Positions 1-11,523 of a stretch of 20,115 nucleotides of DNA are shown piece by piece. Position numbers and translations under genes: made by a program. The first letter of the stretch is position 1. Each line of letters opens with the position of its first letter. Under the pieces are notes generated by a model that worked only from the letters and a program-made list of their open reading frames with translations, made no database searches and was not told the origin of the DNA. Source of the DNA: Octopus sinensis (lineage: Eukaryota); assembly GCF_006345805.1 (NCBI RefSeq), contig NW_021824048.1, positions 1-20,115 of the forward strand, given 5' to 3'.

Positions 1-965
1 TAGTGATAGTGGTGTTGGTATTGTTGTTGTTGGTGGTAGCACATTGTTTTGGTTAATAGTGATGGTGGTGTTGGTGGTGGTGGTGGCATTGCTGTTGGTG
101 GTGGTGGCGTTGTTTTAGTTAATAGTGATGGTAGTGGTGGTATTGTTATTGGTGTTGTTGTTAGTGGTATTGTTTTGGTTAATAGTGATAGTGGTGTTGG
201 TATTGTTGTTGTTGGTGGTAGCATTGTTTAGGTTAATAGTGATGGTGGTGTTGGTGGTGGTGGTGGCATTGCTGTTGGTGGTGGTGGCGTTGTTTTAGTT
301 AATAGTGATGGTGGTGTTGGTGGTCGCGGTCGTGGTGGTGGAGGCGGTGGTGGTATTGTTATTGGTGTTGGTGGTGATGGTGGTGGTGGTGGTGGTATGG
401 TTGTTGGTGTTGGTGGCGTTGTTTTAGTGTAATAGTGATGGTGGGTTGGTGGTGGTGGCGATGGTTGTATTGGTGTTGGTGGTGGTGGTGGCGTTGTTTT
501 AGTCAATAGTGATGGTGGTGGTGGTATTGTTATTGGTGTTGTCACGGCCGTGGTGGCGGTGGTGGTATTGTTGTTTTGGTTAATAGTGATGGTGGTGGTG
601 GTGGTGGTATTGTTTTGGTTAATAGTGATGGTGTTGGTGGTGGTGGTGGTGACATTGCTGTTGGTGGCGGTGGCGTTGCTTTAGTTAATAGTGATGGTGG
701 TGTTGGTGGTGCTACTGTTGGTGGTGGCATTGTTTTGGTTAATAGTGATGGTGGTGATGGTGGTGGTATTGTTGTTGGTGTTGGTGGTGGTGGCGTTGTT
801 TTAGTTAATAGTGATGGTGGGTTGGTGGTGGTGGTGGTGGCGTTGTTTTAGTCAATAGTGATGGTGGTCGCGGCCGTGATGGTGGCGGCGGCGGCGGTGG
901 TGCTATTGTTGTTGGTGTAGGTGGTACATATTCTTGGTGGTGGCGTTGTTTTATTTAATAGTGAT
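1..965. repeat. GGT/GTT-based minisatellite punctuated by a conserved AATAGTGAT anchor
   Basis: 14 complete AATAGTGAT copies (55,121,181,235,301,431,505,582,621,687,741,807,854,957) separated by variable GGT/GTT runs. Confidence 0.9.
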
Positions 966-1361
966 AATGGTAGTGGTGGTGGTGTTGAAGTTAAGAGTTG
1001 TTGCTTTAGCTAATAGCGCTAGTATGGTGTTGGTGGCAGTGGTTTACTTTTTTTGTTTATTTACTACCGTAGTAGTAAATTATCGTAAGTTTAGTATCGT
1101 ATATTTGGGATCGTTTATCGCTGGTCTTCTTCTTCGTTAACGATGCTGGTGTTGTTATCGTTTCTTTTATCACTGTTGCTCTTGTTATTATTGCTGTTGC
1201 TGCTGCTGCTGTTGTTGTTGTTGTTGTTGTTGCTGCTGCTGTTGTTGTTGTTGTTGTTTTGTGTTCTGTGAGTTCGTTCTTAGATATTACGGTTGGCGGT
1301 GAGGTTCGTCTTTGTTTCGGCGATGAACGGAGGAGGAAAGGGTATATTTTAGTAGTTTCTT

Positions 1362-1362
<1 letters not shown>

Positions 1363-1413
<51 letters not shown>

Positions 1414-1575
1414 GACGACGACGACGATCACCACGACCACGACCACCACTACTACTACTACTACCACCACCATCACCACCACCACCACTACTACCACCAC
1501 CGCCACCTCCACCGCCATCCACCGCCACCTCCACCGCCACCCTCCTCCACCGCCACCTCCACCACCACCACCACC

Positions 1576-1631
<56 letters not shown>

Positions 1632-1654
1632 AACTACTACTACTGCTGCTGCTG
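1363..1654. repeat. Compound trinucleotide repeat (CTA/CGA/CCA/CCG/CTG)
   Basis: Directly visible; C/A-rich on + strand, opposite to the surrounding G/T-rich repeats. Confidence 0.95.
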
Positions 1655-1657
1655 TAG

Positions 1658-1743
1658 GCTGGTCAAGGCAGGCTAGAAGTGCCTTTGATCTAGCATTGGT
1701 CTGCTCGATCATAACCGACCTTGGGTTAAACACCCACTACCTG
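1658..1743 (+). CDS. Candidate short internal coding exon (GWSRQARSAFDLALVCSIITDLGLNTHYL), gene unidentified
   Basis: Unique island; acceptor ctgctgtag| at 1657 and consensus donor CTG|GTGAGT at 1744; only one of three frames is open (phase 1 to phase 0). Confidence 0.35.
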
Positions 1744-1914
1744 GTGAGTGGTGGGGCAGAAAGGGTGCTAATTTGATGACTATGGTGGATCCTCTTCGTG
1801 TTCTTTCGACATGACATACACAAATGCATTTTATTGTCTGGAGAGAGTCCTTCCGTTTTAATGCCTTATTAATTACACACACACATGTTCGATTTCCACT
1901 CATTTACATTTATC

Positions 1915-2005
1915 TATATATATATATATTATACACACACACACACATATACGTATGTGTGTATAATATATATATATATAATATATATATATATTATATA
2001 TATAT

Positions 2006-2054
<49 letters not shown>

Positions 2055-2057
2055 ATA

Positions 2058-2128
<71 letters not shown>

Positions 2129-2156
2129 ATAATTATATATATATTATATATATATA

Positions 2157-2187
<31 letters not shown>

Positions 2188-2190
2188 CAT
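1915..2190. repeat. (TA)n plus (CATA)n microsatellite
   Basis: Directly visible. Confidence 0.95.
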
Positions 2191-2247
2191 ACAGAAAAAC
2201 ACACAGAAACGCACACGCGCTCGTCATAGATGTAGTTATTCTAATAG

Positions 2248-2425
2248 TGTTGATGGTGGTGGTGATGGTGGTGTTATGGTTGTGATTATGGTTGTGGTGG
2301 TGGTGGTGGTGGTGGTAGTGGTGGTGGTTGTGGTTGTGGTGATGGTGGTGGTGGTTGTGGTTATGATTGTGGTGGTGGTGGTTGTGGTTATGATTGTGGT
2401 GGTTGTGGTTCTGGTGTGGTGGTGG
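2248..2425. repeat. (GGT/GTT/GAT)n low-complexity repeat
   Basis: Directly visible. Confidence 0.9.
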
Positions 2426-2665
2426 AGCCGTTGTTGTGAGTTACCCTTCATTAGCATGTAGATGTTATTGTTTCCTTCCGTTCCGGCGAAACAAGGGTGA
2501 GAAGGAGAGGTGTCGAAAAAGGAAAGAAGGAACGAATGAATGAAGGAGGGAAGGAAGGAAAGAAGGCAGGAAGGCAGGTACGGATAGTAGTAGTAGTAGT
2601 AGTAGTTGGTTAGCATTAAAACGTGTCTGCACAACGATGTTTTTGAAGATTTGTTTTTGTTTTAG

Positions 2666-2740
2666 TTCGCTGTGGCAAGGATCTCTGCGAAGACTTCGGT
2701 GTTACCTGGGGTGGCTATGTTGAGGCGGTAGTGTTGAGAG
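2666..2740 (+). CDS. Candidate short internal coding exon (xRCGKDLCEDFGVTWGGYVEAVVLRx), gene unidentified
   Basis: T-rich acceptor ttgtttttgttttag| at 2665; donor GAG|GTAATT at 2741; 75 nt, open only in the phase 1 to phase 1 frame. Confidence 0.3.
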
Positions 2741-2749
2741 GTAATTGTG

Positions 2750-3073
2750 TAGGGTGGTGGTAGTACTACCAGTAGTGGTAGTGGTGGTGGTAGTAGTAAC
2801 TATCGTAGTTGTTGTAGAAGTAGTGGCAGCAGTAGTAGTGGTGGTAGTAGTAGTAGTTATAGTAGCAGTAGTTTTAATTGTAATAGGACTAGTAGTAGTA
2901 GTTATAGTTGTAGTCGTAGCAGTACTAGTAGCTGCGGTAGTAGTTGTAGCTGTAGTTGTGGTCGTAGTATTAGTAGCAGCAGCATCAGTAGTTGTATTAG
3001 TAGTTGTAGCAGTAGCAGCAGTAGTTCTAGTAGTAATAGTAGTAGTAGATGCAGTAGTAGTAGCAGCGGCAGC

Positions 3074-3121
<48 letters not shown>

Positions 3122-3480
3122 GGTGGTGGTGGTTTCAGTTTAGGTACTAGCAGCATGGTGGTGGCCATGGCGGTGATGGTGAAGATGATGATGGTGATCG
3201 TATTGGTGGTGGTTGTGATAATGCTAGTGATAGTTGTGGTGGTGATGGTGGTGGTGGTAGTTGTGGTGCTGATGGTGATGTTGGTGATTGTGGTGGTGGT
3301 GGTGGTGGTGGTGGTGATGCTGGTGGTTATGGTGATGGTGGTGATGGTGGTGGTATTGATGGTGGTGGTGGTTGTGATGATGATGGTGATGGTGGTGGTA
3401 GCAGTAATGGTGGTGATGGTTGTGGTTGTGATGATGATGGTGTTGGCGGTGTTGGATGTGGTGATGATGGTGATGGTGAC
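2750..3480. repeat. Compound (GTA/GCA/GTT) then (GGT/GAT) trinucleotide repeats
   Basis: Directly visible; source of the poly-V, poly-H and poly-P ORFs. Confidence 0.9.
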
Positions 3481-3869
3481 AGTGAAGGCCTTCTATTATA
3501 AATTCCAATCACATGCCGAATGTCTTTCTTGAAAGGGTGGTGCTGTTATTGTTGCTGCTGTTGTTGTTTAGACCAATATCAGCCTTGATCAAAAGCTTTC
3601 CAACAATGCCCATCCCGTCTTTTATCCACATACCCGAAACCCATGTCCAAGCCATCCAGCGTGATCATTTTAAAAGTATTATTTAATAAAAATCGTAAAT
3701 GTAGCTGCTATTTCTAGAATGTCAAATTACCACGTAGAGGCACCTTCGTTGGTTCTGTGTTTTGTGTGACAGTTTAGGTGTTAGCTGTGTTGGTGGTATG
3801 TTGGGTGATGTGGATGGTTTGGTCAATGGTAGATGGTGGGCAGCGCAATAGTGCTGCTGTTGATGAATG

Positions 3870-4825
3870 ATGTAGCCGTTGGTGGTGGTATTGTTGTTGT
3901 TGTTGCTGGTGTTGGTGGTTGTGGTGGTGCTAGTGGAGGTGGTGATGGTGGTAGTGGTAGTGGTGGTGATAGAGGTGGTGTGGATAGTGATGGTAATGGT
4001 AGTCATGGTGTAGTGATAGTGGTGGTTGTGGTGATGGTTGTGATGGTGGTAGTGGTGGTGGTGATGGTGGTAGTGGTGGTAGTGGTGATGGGGGTGGTGT
4101 GTATAGTGACGGTTTGGTGGTGGTCGTGGTGTTAGTGATAGTGGTGGTGGTAGTGGTAGTGGTGATGGTAGCAGTGGTGGTGGTGGTGGTGATGGTGGCA
4201 GTGGTGGTGATGGTGGCAGTGGTGGTGGTGATGGTGGCAGTGGTGGTGATGGTGGCAGTGGTGGTGGTAGTGATGGTGGTAATGGTGGTGGGGATGGTGA
4301 CGGGGATGGTTCTAGGGGGTGACGACCGAAGTAGTGTTGGTAATAGTTGCGATGATGATGGTGATGGTGAAGGTCGTGGTGGTGATGGTGGTTGTGGTGG
4401 CGCTATGGTGCGGGTGATAGTAGTAATGTGGGTACCAGGGAAGGCTAAGGCGGTAGTTAGTGGTGGTTGCGTTGGAGCTGATGCTGTCGTGTGGGTGGCA
4501 GCATGGCAGGGATGGCAGTGGTGCGAAGACAAGGCATGTGGGGGTGGGAGACAGAGTGGGGGTAGTGGTGGCAGTCGGTAAATAATGGTAGGAGCAATTA
4601 AAACAGATATGCACTGAATCCATTGTTATTGTTGTTGTTTTGGTGGTGGTGGTGGTGGTGGTGGTGGTCGTGGTGATAAATAATAGCCTCGGCTATAAAT
4701 CGGCTGTGAAATGGTTGCAAATGTGTTAAAGGTGTCGGTGGTAGGGATGGCTGCGGTGATGGTGGTAGTGGTGATGATGATGGTGGTGATGGTGGTGGTA
4801 ATGGTGGCGGCGGTGGTGACAACCG
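3870..4825. repeat. GGT/GAT/GCA low-complexity repeat region
   Basis: Directly visible; includes tandem GCAGTGGTGGTG(GTG)ATGGTG units at about 4170-4265. Confidence 0.85.
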
Positions 4826-4905
4826 TTATTTATGTGTATGTGTATGGGTGAGTGGAGAGTGAGGGAATGTGCTGTTCCTGTAGTAATGTAGGAGAAAGGA
4901 GGAGT

Positions 4906-4946
<41 letters not shown>

Positions 4947-5071
4947 GGGAAGAAAGAGAGGCGGGGTGAGAGAGGGAGGAAAACAGAGAGACAGAGAGTT
5001 ACATGAATATATGTACACATGCATGTGAGTGGCAGAGTGAGTATGTGTGTATGTAATATATTTGAAAGAGA

Positions 5072-5452
5072 GGCACAGGAGTGGCTGTGTGGTAAGTAGC
5101 TTGCTTACCAACCACATGGTTCCGGGTTCAGTCCCACTGCGTGGCATCTTGGGCAAATTTCTTCTACTATATCCTCGGGCTGACCACAGCCCTGTGAGAG
5201 GATTTGGTAGACGGAAACTAAAAGAGGCTCGTCGTATATATGCATATGTGTGCGTGTTTGTGCATCTGTGTTTTTCCACCCCCCACCAACATCAACTTGA
5301 CAACCGATGCTGGTGTGTTTACGTCCCCGTCATTTAGTTTTTCGGCAAAAGGAAACCGAGAGAATAAGTACTAGGCTTACAAAGAATAAGTCCTAGGGTC
5401 GATTTGCTCGACTAAAAGGTGGTGCTCCAGCATGGCCGCAGTCAAATGACTG
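5072..5452 (+). mobile_element. tRNA-derived SINE, type A, copy 1
   Basis: Head GGAGTGGCTGTGTGGTAAG (A-box-like) and GGGTTCAGTCCC (B-box-like); colinear with copies at 5455, 14106 and 18338. Confidence 0.85.
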
Positions 5453-5454
5453 CA

Positions 5455-5591
5455 ACAGGAGTGGCTGTGTGGTAATCAGCTTCCTTACCAGCCACATGGT
5501 TCCGGGTTCAGTCCCACTACGTGGCACCATGAGTAAGCGTTGAGAGTGGATTTGGTAGACGGAAAGAAACCCGTTGTATACACACACACAC

Positions 5592-5637
<46 letters not shown>

Positions 5638-5922
5638 GTGGAGGCACAATGGCCCAGTGGTTAGGGCAGCGGACTCGCGGTCGTAGGACGTGAGTGTTTA
5701 CTGAGCGAAAACACCTATAGCTCCACGAGGCTACGGCAGGGGATGGTGGCGATCCCTGTTGTACTCTTTCGCCGCAACTTTCTCTCACTCTTTCTTCTGT
5801 TGGCCCGCTTGCTTAGCCAGCGGGGTAGCGTCGTTTGAAGGCTAAAACAATGTGAAGCGCATTGTGACCAGCGATGTGTAGCAACATCTGATAGCCTGGT
5901 CGGTCGCGTGATATCACGTGAT

Positions 5923-5958
<36 letters not shown>

Positions 5959-5978
5959 CGCTAGACAGAGAGACAGAC

Positions 5979-6039
<61 letters not shown>

Positions 6040-6250
6040 TGTATGTGTATATGTTTTGAGTTTTTGTGTTTGTCTTCCAACATCGCTTGACAACTGATGC
6101 TGGTCTGGTTACGTCCGTCCCGTAACTTAGCAGTTTGGTACAAGAGACCGATAGAATAAGTACTAGGCTTACAAAGAATAAGTTCTGGGGTGGTTCTAAA
6201 GGTGGTGCTCCACCATGGCTGCAGTCAAATGACTGTAACAAGTAAAAGAA
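5455..6250 (+). mobile_element. Type A SINE copy 2, split by a type C SINE and microsatellites
   Basis: 5' half at 5455-5637; 3' half (caacatcgcttgacaac...gtcaaatgactgtaacaagtaaaag) resumes at about 6050-6250. Confidence 0.8.
5638..5930 (+). mobile_element. tRNA-derived SINE, type C head, B-box region deleted, CACGTGAT-repeat tail
   Basis: First ~130 nt align with the reverse complement of 15240-15050; about 30 nt including GTTTCGATTCC are missing; the tail differs. Confidence 0.8.
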
Positions 6251-6298
6251 TATATATATTTATATCTATCTCTCTCTCTCTGTATATTATATATATAT

Positions 6299-6354
<56 letters not shown>

Positions 6355-6415
6355 GTATATATTATATATATATATATATATACATATATATGTAAATATA
6401 TATACATATATATAT
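6250..6415. repeat. (TA)n microsatellite
   Basis: Directly visible; a further (TA)n lies at 6576-6690. Confidence 0.95.
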
Positions 6416-6578
6416 TTCGCTTTTGGATTTGGTTTAGAGTCAAAACTACTGAAAAGGTTGCAAGAAGCAACGAAAATTTTAGAAAAATAGAAATAAGAAA
6501 TATATGGAAATTTTACCGGTGAGTGTGTTAAATTATAAGGCAAAAAAAGAAAATGACTCTCCCCAGACACAATAGTAT

Positions 6579-6626
<48 letters not shown>

Positions 6627-6656
6627 CCTTTATATATATATATATCTATATATATA

Positions 6657-7490
<834 letters not shown>

Positions 7491-7636
7491 ATATATATAT
7501 ATATATATATATATTGTATTGTATTGGCATCCTTTCTGTCTCGGGAGACAATGGAGTTGCGCATTTTTTTTAAAAATTAAAAAAAATTTTTTTTTTAATA
7601 TATATATATAAGTAAGAAGGATATCCAAAGGTAGTG

Positions 7637-7716
7637 TGGTACAATCGTTTCATGCTACTTCATTTAATTAAACAATGTATTACATGAGTTTTAAAATGTA
7701 GAGCAATCTTCAGCCA
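7637..7716 (-). ncRNA. Mirror copy of the hammerhead-like motif in the left palindrome arm
   Basis: Reverse complement of 8041-8120 with one substitution. Confidence 0.45.
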
Positions 7717-8040
7717 TATATGGAATTTTTTAATTAAATTAACAATATTCATTTTTATACTTATTCCATTTGCCAACATTACAAAGAGAGTGGGTATAGA
7801 GACAGGGGGGCGAATTTCATCAATAGAAACATGGTAGTAAATGATCTTTACTCATGGGTAGATTTCTTATCACTCTTATCACTGTGATAAGAAATCTACC
7901 CATGAGTAAAGATCATTTACTACCATGTTTCTATTGATGAAATTCGCCCCCCTGTCTCTATACCTACTCTCTTTGTAATGTTGGCAAATGGAATAAGTAT
8001 AAAAATGAATATTGTTAATTTAATTAAAAAATTCCATATA

Positions 8041-8120
8041 TGGCTGAAGATTGCGCTACATTTTAAAACTCATGTAATACATTGTTTAATTAAATGAAGT
8101 AGCATGAAACGATTGTACCA
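8041..8120 (+). ncRNA. Hammerhead-like motif in the right palindrome arm (partly decayed)
   Basis: tgg-CTGAAGA(8044-50)-stem II with gctac/gtagc-GAAAC(8106-10)-GATT-GTA-cca; stem I only 3 bp; U.U at the base of stem II. Confidence 0.5.
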
Positions 8121-8226
8121 CACTACCTTTGGATATCCTTGTTGCTTATTTTGATTATAATCACTCCATTTAATGTATATGGATAATACATGACCAAATT
8201 CTGGTGCCTTTAACTTAAGTACCATA

Positions 8227-8447
8227 AAGACGGCGAGCTGGCAGAAATGTTAGCACACCAGGTGAAATGCTTAGCAGTATTTTGTCTGTCGCTACGTTCT
8301 GAGTTCAAATTCCGCCAAGGTCGACTTTGCCTTTCATCCTTTCGGGGTCAATTAAATAAGTACCAGTTACGCACTGGGGTCGATATAACCGACTTAATCC
8401 GTTTGTCTGTCCTTGTTTTTCTTTCTATGTTTAGCCCCTTGTGGGTA
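8227..8447 (+). mobile_element. tRNA-derived SINE, type B, with 10-bp TSD
   Basis: A-box-like TGGCAGAAATGTTAG, B-box GAGTTCAAATTCC, central CTTTCATCCTTTCGGGGTC..ATAAGTACCAG domain; TSD AAGTACCATA at 8217-26 and 8448-57. Confidence 0.85.
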
Positions 8448-8500
8448 AAGTACCATATTCATCTGAATCTAAATTTTTGCTGAACTGATATATATATATA

Positions 8501-8910
8501 TGCACCGAAACTTCGTTTCGGCAGTACTGTTTTTGTGACTCACGTGGTGAGATTTTGGAGGGAGATACGAATTCGCTTGTCTATATAAATGTAGATATGC
8601 TAGTGGTCTTATATCTTTCGATGTCGCTTGATCGAATATATAAGAGGTAAGTTTTTCCTAGCATTTCTAGATTTATGGGAAATATTATGTTGATAAGGAA
8701 ATGAACTTTACGATTCTAATCCAGAAACGATCGTCCATAATTAATCCAGTAGACTGTGTGGTTTCGTTGTTTTCCTTTTCTTCTTTTACCATACAAATAC
8801 TGTTGTTTGTGGAGACTTATTTTTGTAGTAATAGTAATAGCAGCTCTTTGACTGCTATTTCTAATATTTTCGGTATGTGGTTTAAGCAACTTGTTGCTTT
8901 ATTAAAATGA
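8501..8910 (+). mobile_element. Second HHR-bearing unit, diverged homologue of 7138-7490
   Basis: Shares CTCTTTGACTGCTATTTCTAA, TTCGGTRTGYGGT and two hairpins downstream of the HHR; starts after a short (TA)n. Confidence 0.5.
8684..8741 (+). ncRNA. Type I hammerhead variant with U3-A8 core
   Basis: Stem I attatg/cataat (perfect 6 bp); core TTGATAA; stem II gga/tcc plus one extra A; GAAAC-GATC-GTC. Confidence 0.55.
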
Positions 8911-9062
8911 TTGCAGCGTAGAAGATGCAAATTCGACATTCAGAAACATACAAAGAACATTGACTTCTCTTAAACAATTAATGTTTGTAATATAACGTTA
9001 TAATTTTCGTCGCTCGAATCTGCGACTTGATCACTCACAAATAAATGTATGGTGCATCTACG

Positions 9063-9238
9063 CATCCATCCATCCATCCATCCATCCATCCATCCATCCA
9101 TCCATCCATCCATCCATCCATCCATCCATGTATACATACATACATACATACATACATACATACATACATACATACATGCATAAACAAACAAACAAATAGA
9201 CAGACAGACTGGCAGACAGAGAGTCAGACAAACAACAA

Positions 9239-9291
<53 letters not shown>

Positions 9292-9297
9292 CAGATA
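9063..9297. repeat. Compound tetranucleotide array (CATC)-(CATA)-(CAAA)-(CAGA)-(GATA)
   Basis: Directly visible, mostly single-base steps between unit types. Confidence 0.95.
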
Positions 9298-9384
9298 GCT
9301 ATGTCGTGGGAAAGTATATAAACACACACACACACAAACACAAACACACACAATATGGAGATGTACTTACATAGCAAGTGTTTT

Positions 9385-9420
<36 letters not shown>

Positions 9421-9436
9421 TATACTTAGATAGATG

Positions 9437-9492
<56 letters not shown>

Positions 9493-9532
9493 TATACTTA
9501 GATAGATGGATAGATAGATAGATAGATAGATA
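9385..9532. repeat. (GATA)n array with two copies of the variant TATACTTAGATAGATGG
   Basis: Variants at 9421-37 and 9493-9509; a third copy at 11524-40. Confidence 0.95.
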
Positions 9533-11469
9533 TGTTTCTTTATTAGCCACACAGGGCTGCACACAGATGGAACAAATTACAAGGTAGAGCTTTTCTTTTG
9601 AAGGTATTAAAAAAAAAAAAAAAAAAAAAAAAGGAAGGGGAGGTTCGATCAAAAGGGATCGTAAAAGAGAGAAAGAGGACAAAAATAAGGGGGGTTAAAA
9701 AAAAAAAAAAAAAGGGGGGGGAGAGGAAAAAAAATGATCAATAGGGATCGTTATCACAGAAATGTCAATATGAAGTGTAGAGGGGAGGACAGGTGAGGTT
9801 TACCCGTGGAAAGAAAAGCCTGCGGAAAAGACCACGGTAACCTCGGTCAATGAAGTCACATTTTATATTTCTTTTTTTTTTTTTTTTTTTTTTTTGCAAA
9901 TAAGCAACTCTCTGTTTTCGATTTCTGGTTCATAGGACTATGCTCAAGGTGGCTTCGTCATTCATACGTGCCATTCTTGCTACATTCACCCATCTTTTTT
10001 TAAAACATTCGCTAGACAAAACTTGCCTCTCTACTCTCACTTTCCTTTTCAAGTGGTACTTGAAGAAGTTGATGAGAGATTGACCAGAGAGGAAAGTGTT
10101 TGTCTCCAATCCTTTCAGACGCGTCCACCAGATACATTCTTTCGCCATAGCCACAAGGATGATGAAAATAGCTCTTCCTTCCCGTTTGAAGGAAGGAGGC
10201 GTGACAATATTGACGATAGACTCAGCTGATAAACCGACTCGTCCCACACGTGACAGCAGTTGTTCGACATAAGCCCACAGGTCGGAAATTGTTGGACACT
10301 GAACGAGTGCGTGCAGAACGGTTTCGTCGCTCTGACCGCATCTCGGGCAGGTCGGCCCCGTGTTTCTCGAGCCGTGTCTGTAGAGCTTATCCCGAACGGG
10401 TAGCGCTTCTCGGTAGCACTGCCAGGCCAGGGATCTCTGGAAGTTGTCCATGGGCCCTGCCCGAAAGTCGTCCCGAACAGCGGGTCAGGTACTCCTCGTC
10501 GACGTCCAGGTTCGCCCCGAGCTCGTCGTCGTACCTCCCCTCCACTAAACCCCTATAGAATGCTTTGGTTGTGTTGAAGTCACTTAAGGTCGACCCAGGA
10601 CGGCAGAGTTGCTTGAGAGCAACGCGACACTCGCGGTGCCATTCGCCCTTCCTCGGCCTCTTTTTGATCCACGACTGCAGTTCGGTCATGGAGACGAGCT
10701 GCGGGAAAGCGTGCCTCACAAACGGCGACCACACCTGTTCACCGTCGTCTACATAGAGCCAGAGATGTCGCATTCTCAGCGCGTGTCTGCGCATCATCAA
10801 CCACGGCATGCCCAGCCCTCCTTTTAACGGGTGTTGACAGCAAATGGATCGCCTGACCATCGGGACGCATCCTTTCCACAAGAAGCGAAAGAGATGCGTT
10901 GTAGTTTGGTGATGGTAGGGTCGGGACAAGGTACGACGGTCAGGCGGTAGTAGATGACGGACGCGATGTACGTGTTCGCCACCTCCGCTCGACCTTTTAG
11001 GGACAGTTCCTCTCGGCCCATTGCCGGGCGAGAGTGACCACCCTACTCGTTATCTCGTTCCAGTTCTTCTCCACTTGGAGGTCCGGACCAAACCAGACCC
11101 CGAGCAACTCAACCGGGCCGTCGGTCCAGCGTCCCACGACGGAGGCGCTGGTGGACGGCATGGGCTTGCTTCTCCAGTGCCTAGTCGCAAGCCCACTGAC
11201 TTTTCCCGGTTGATTTTCGCTCCTGTCACCGCTTCGTAGTTTTTCAGTGTCTCGCCGACCAGCTCGATGTGCTCGTGGCTAGACACTATGACGGTGACGT
11301 CGTCCGCGTATGCAGACACGCTCGTCCCGCATCCCAATTCTCGCGGGATGCCCCTTAGAGTCGCCAGCTTCCGCAGTAGTGGCTCAAGAGTCAATACGTA
11401 TAGAAGCGCCGAGAGGGGGCATCCCTGACGGACCGAACGTGCAATGTCGAAAGGTCTCGATAGATGTCC

Positions 11470-11470
<1 letters not shown>
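9533..11470 (-). mobile_element. 5'-truncated L1/Tx1-clade non-LTR retrotransposon, copy 1
   Basis: RT motifs RQGCPLS and AYADD, W..RxLSLKGR block, C-terminal CPRC..ETVLHALVQC zinc knuckle, stop at 9930; ~400-bp 3'UTR ending AATAAAGAAACA then (TATC)n. Confidence 0.9.
9930..11470 (-). pseudogene. ORF2 C-terminal half (RT plus CCHC), frameshifted
   Basis: ORF-track pieces 11050..11394, 10824..11021, 10387..10929 and 9930..10451 join with single-base indels. Confidence 0.85.

Positions 11471-11523
<53 letters not shown>

Larger units (their letters stand above)
7617..8140. repeat. Near-perfect 524-bp palindrome (257-bp arms)
   Basis: Arms 7617-7873 and 7884-8140 are reverse complements with 2 mismatches (7702/8055, 7792/7965); the centre is a 9-bp duplication CTTATCACT x2. 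Confidence 0.95.

Noticed and set aside
3571-3690. Possible exon in the unique island (either strand)
   Set aside because: Several frames are open on both strands and splice sites are weak, so no call can be preferred
49-4822. Long poly-V, poly-T, poly-P, poly-H and poly-G ORFs in the ORF track
   Set aside because: Expected stop-free translations of trinucleotide repeats; open in several frames and on both strands
6449-6482. Functional hammerhead at CTGAAAAG-GTTGC/GCAAC-GAAA
   Set aside because: G8 missing, no valid stem III or NUH, stem I at most 3 bp; kept only as a possible remnant
8506-8522. CCGAAAC-TTC-GTTTCGG hairpin
   Set aside because: Isolated 7-bp inverted repeat with no second copy to support function
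8041-8741. Heterodimeric double hammerhead between the 8041 and 8684 motifs
   Set aside because: Stem III loops could cross-pair (ACGATTGT/ACGATCGT), but the stem I strands are not cross-complementary, which the double structure requires
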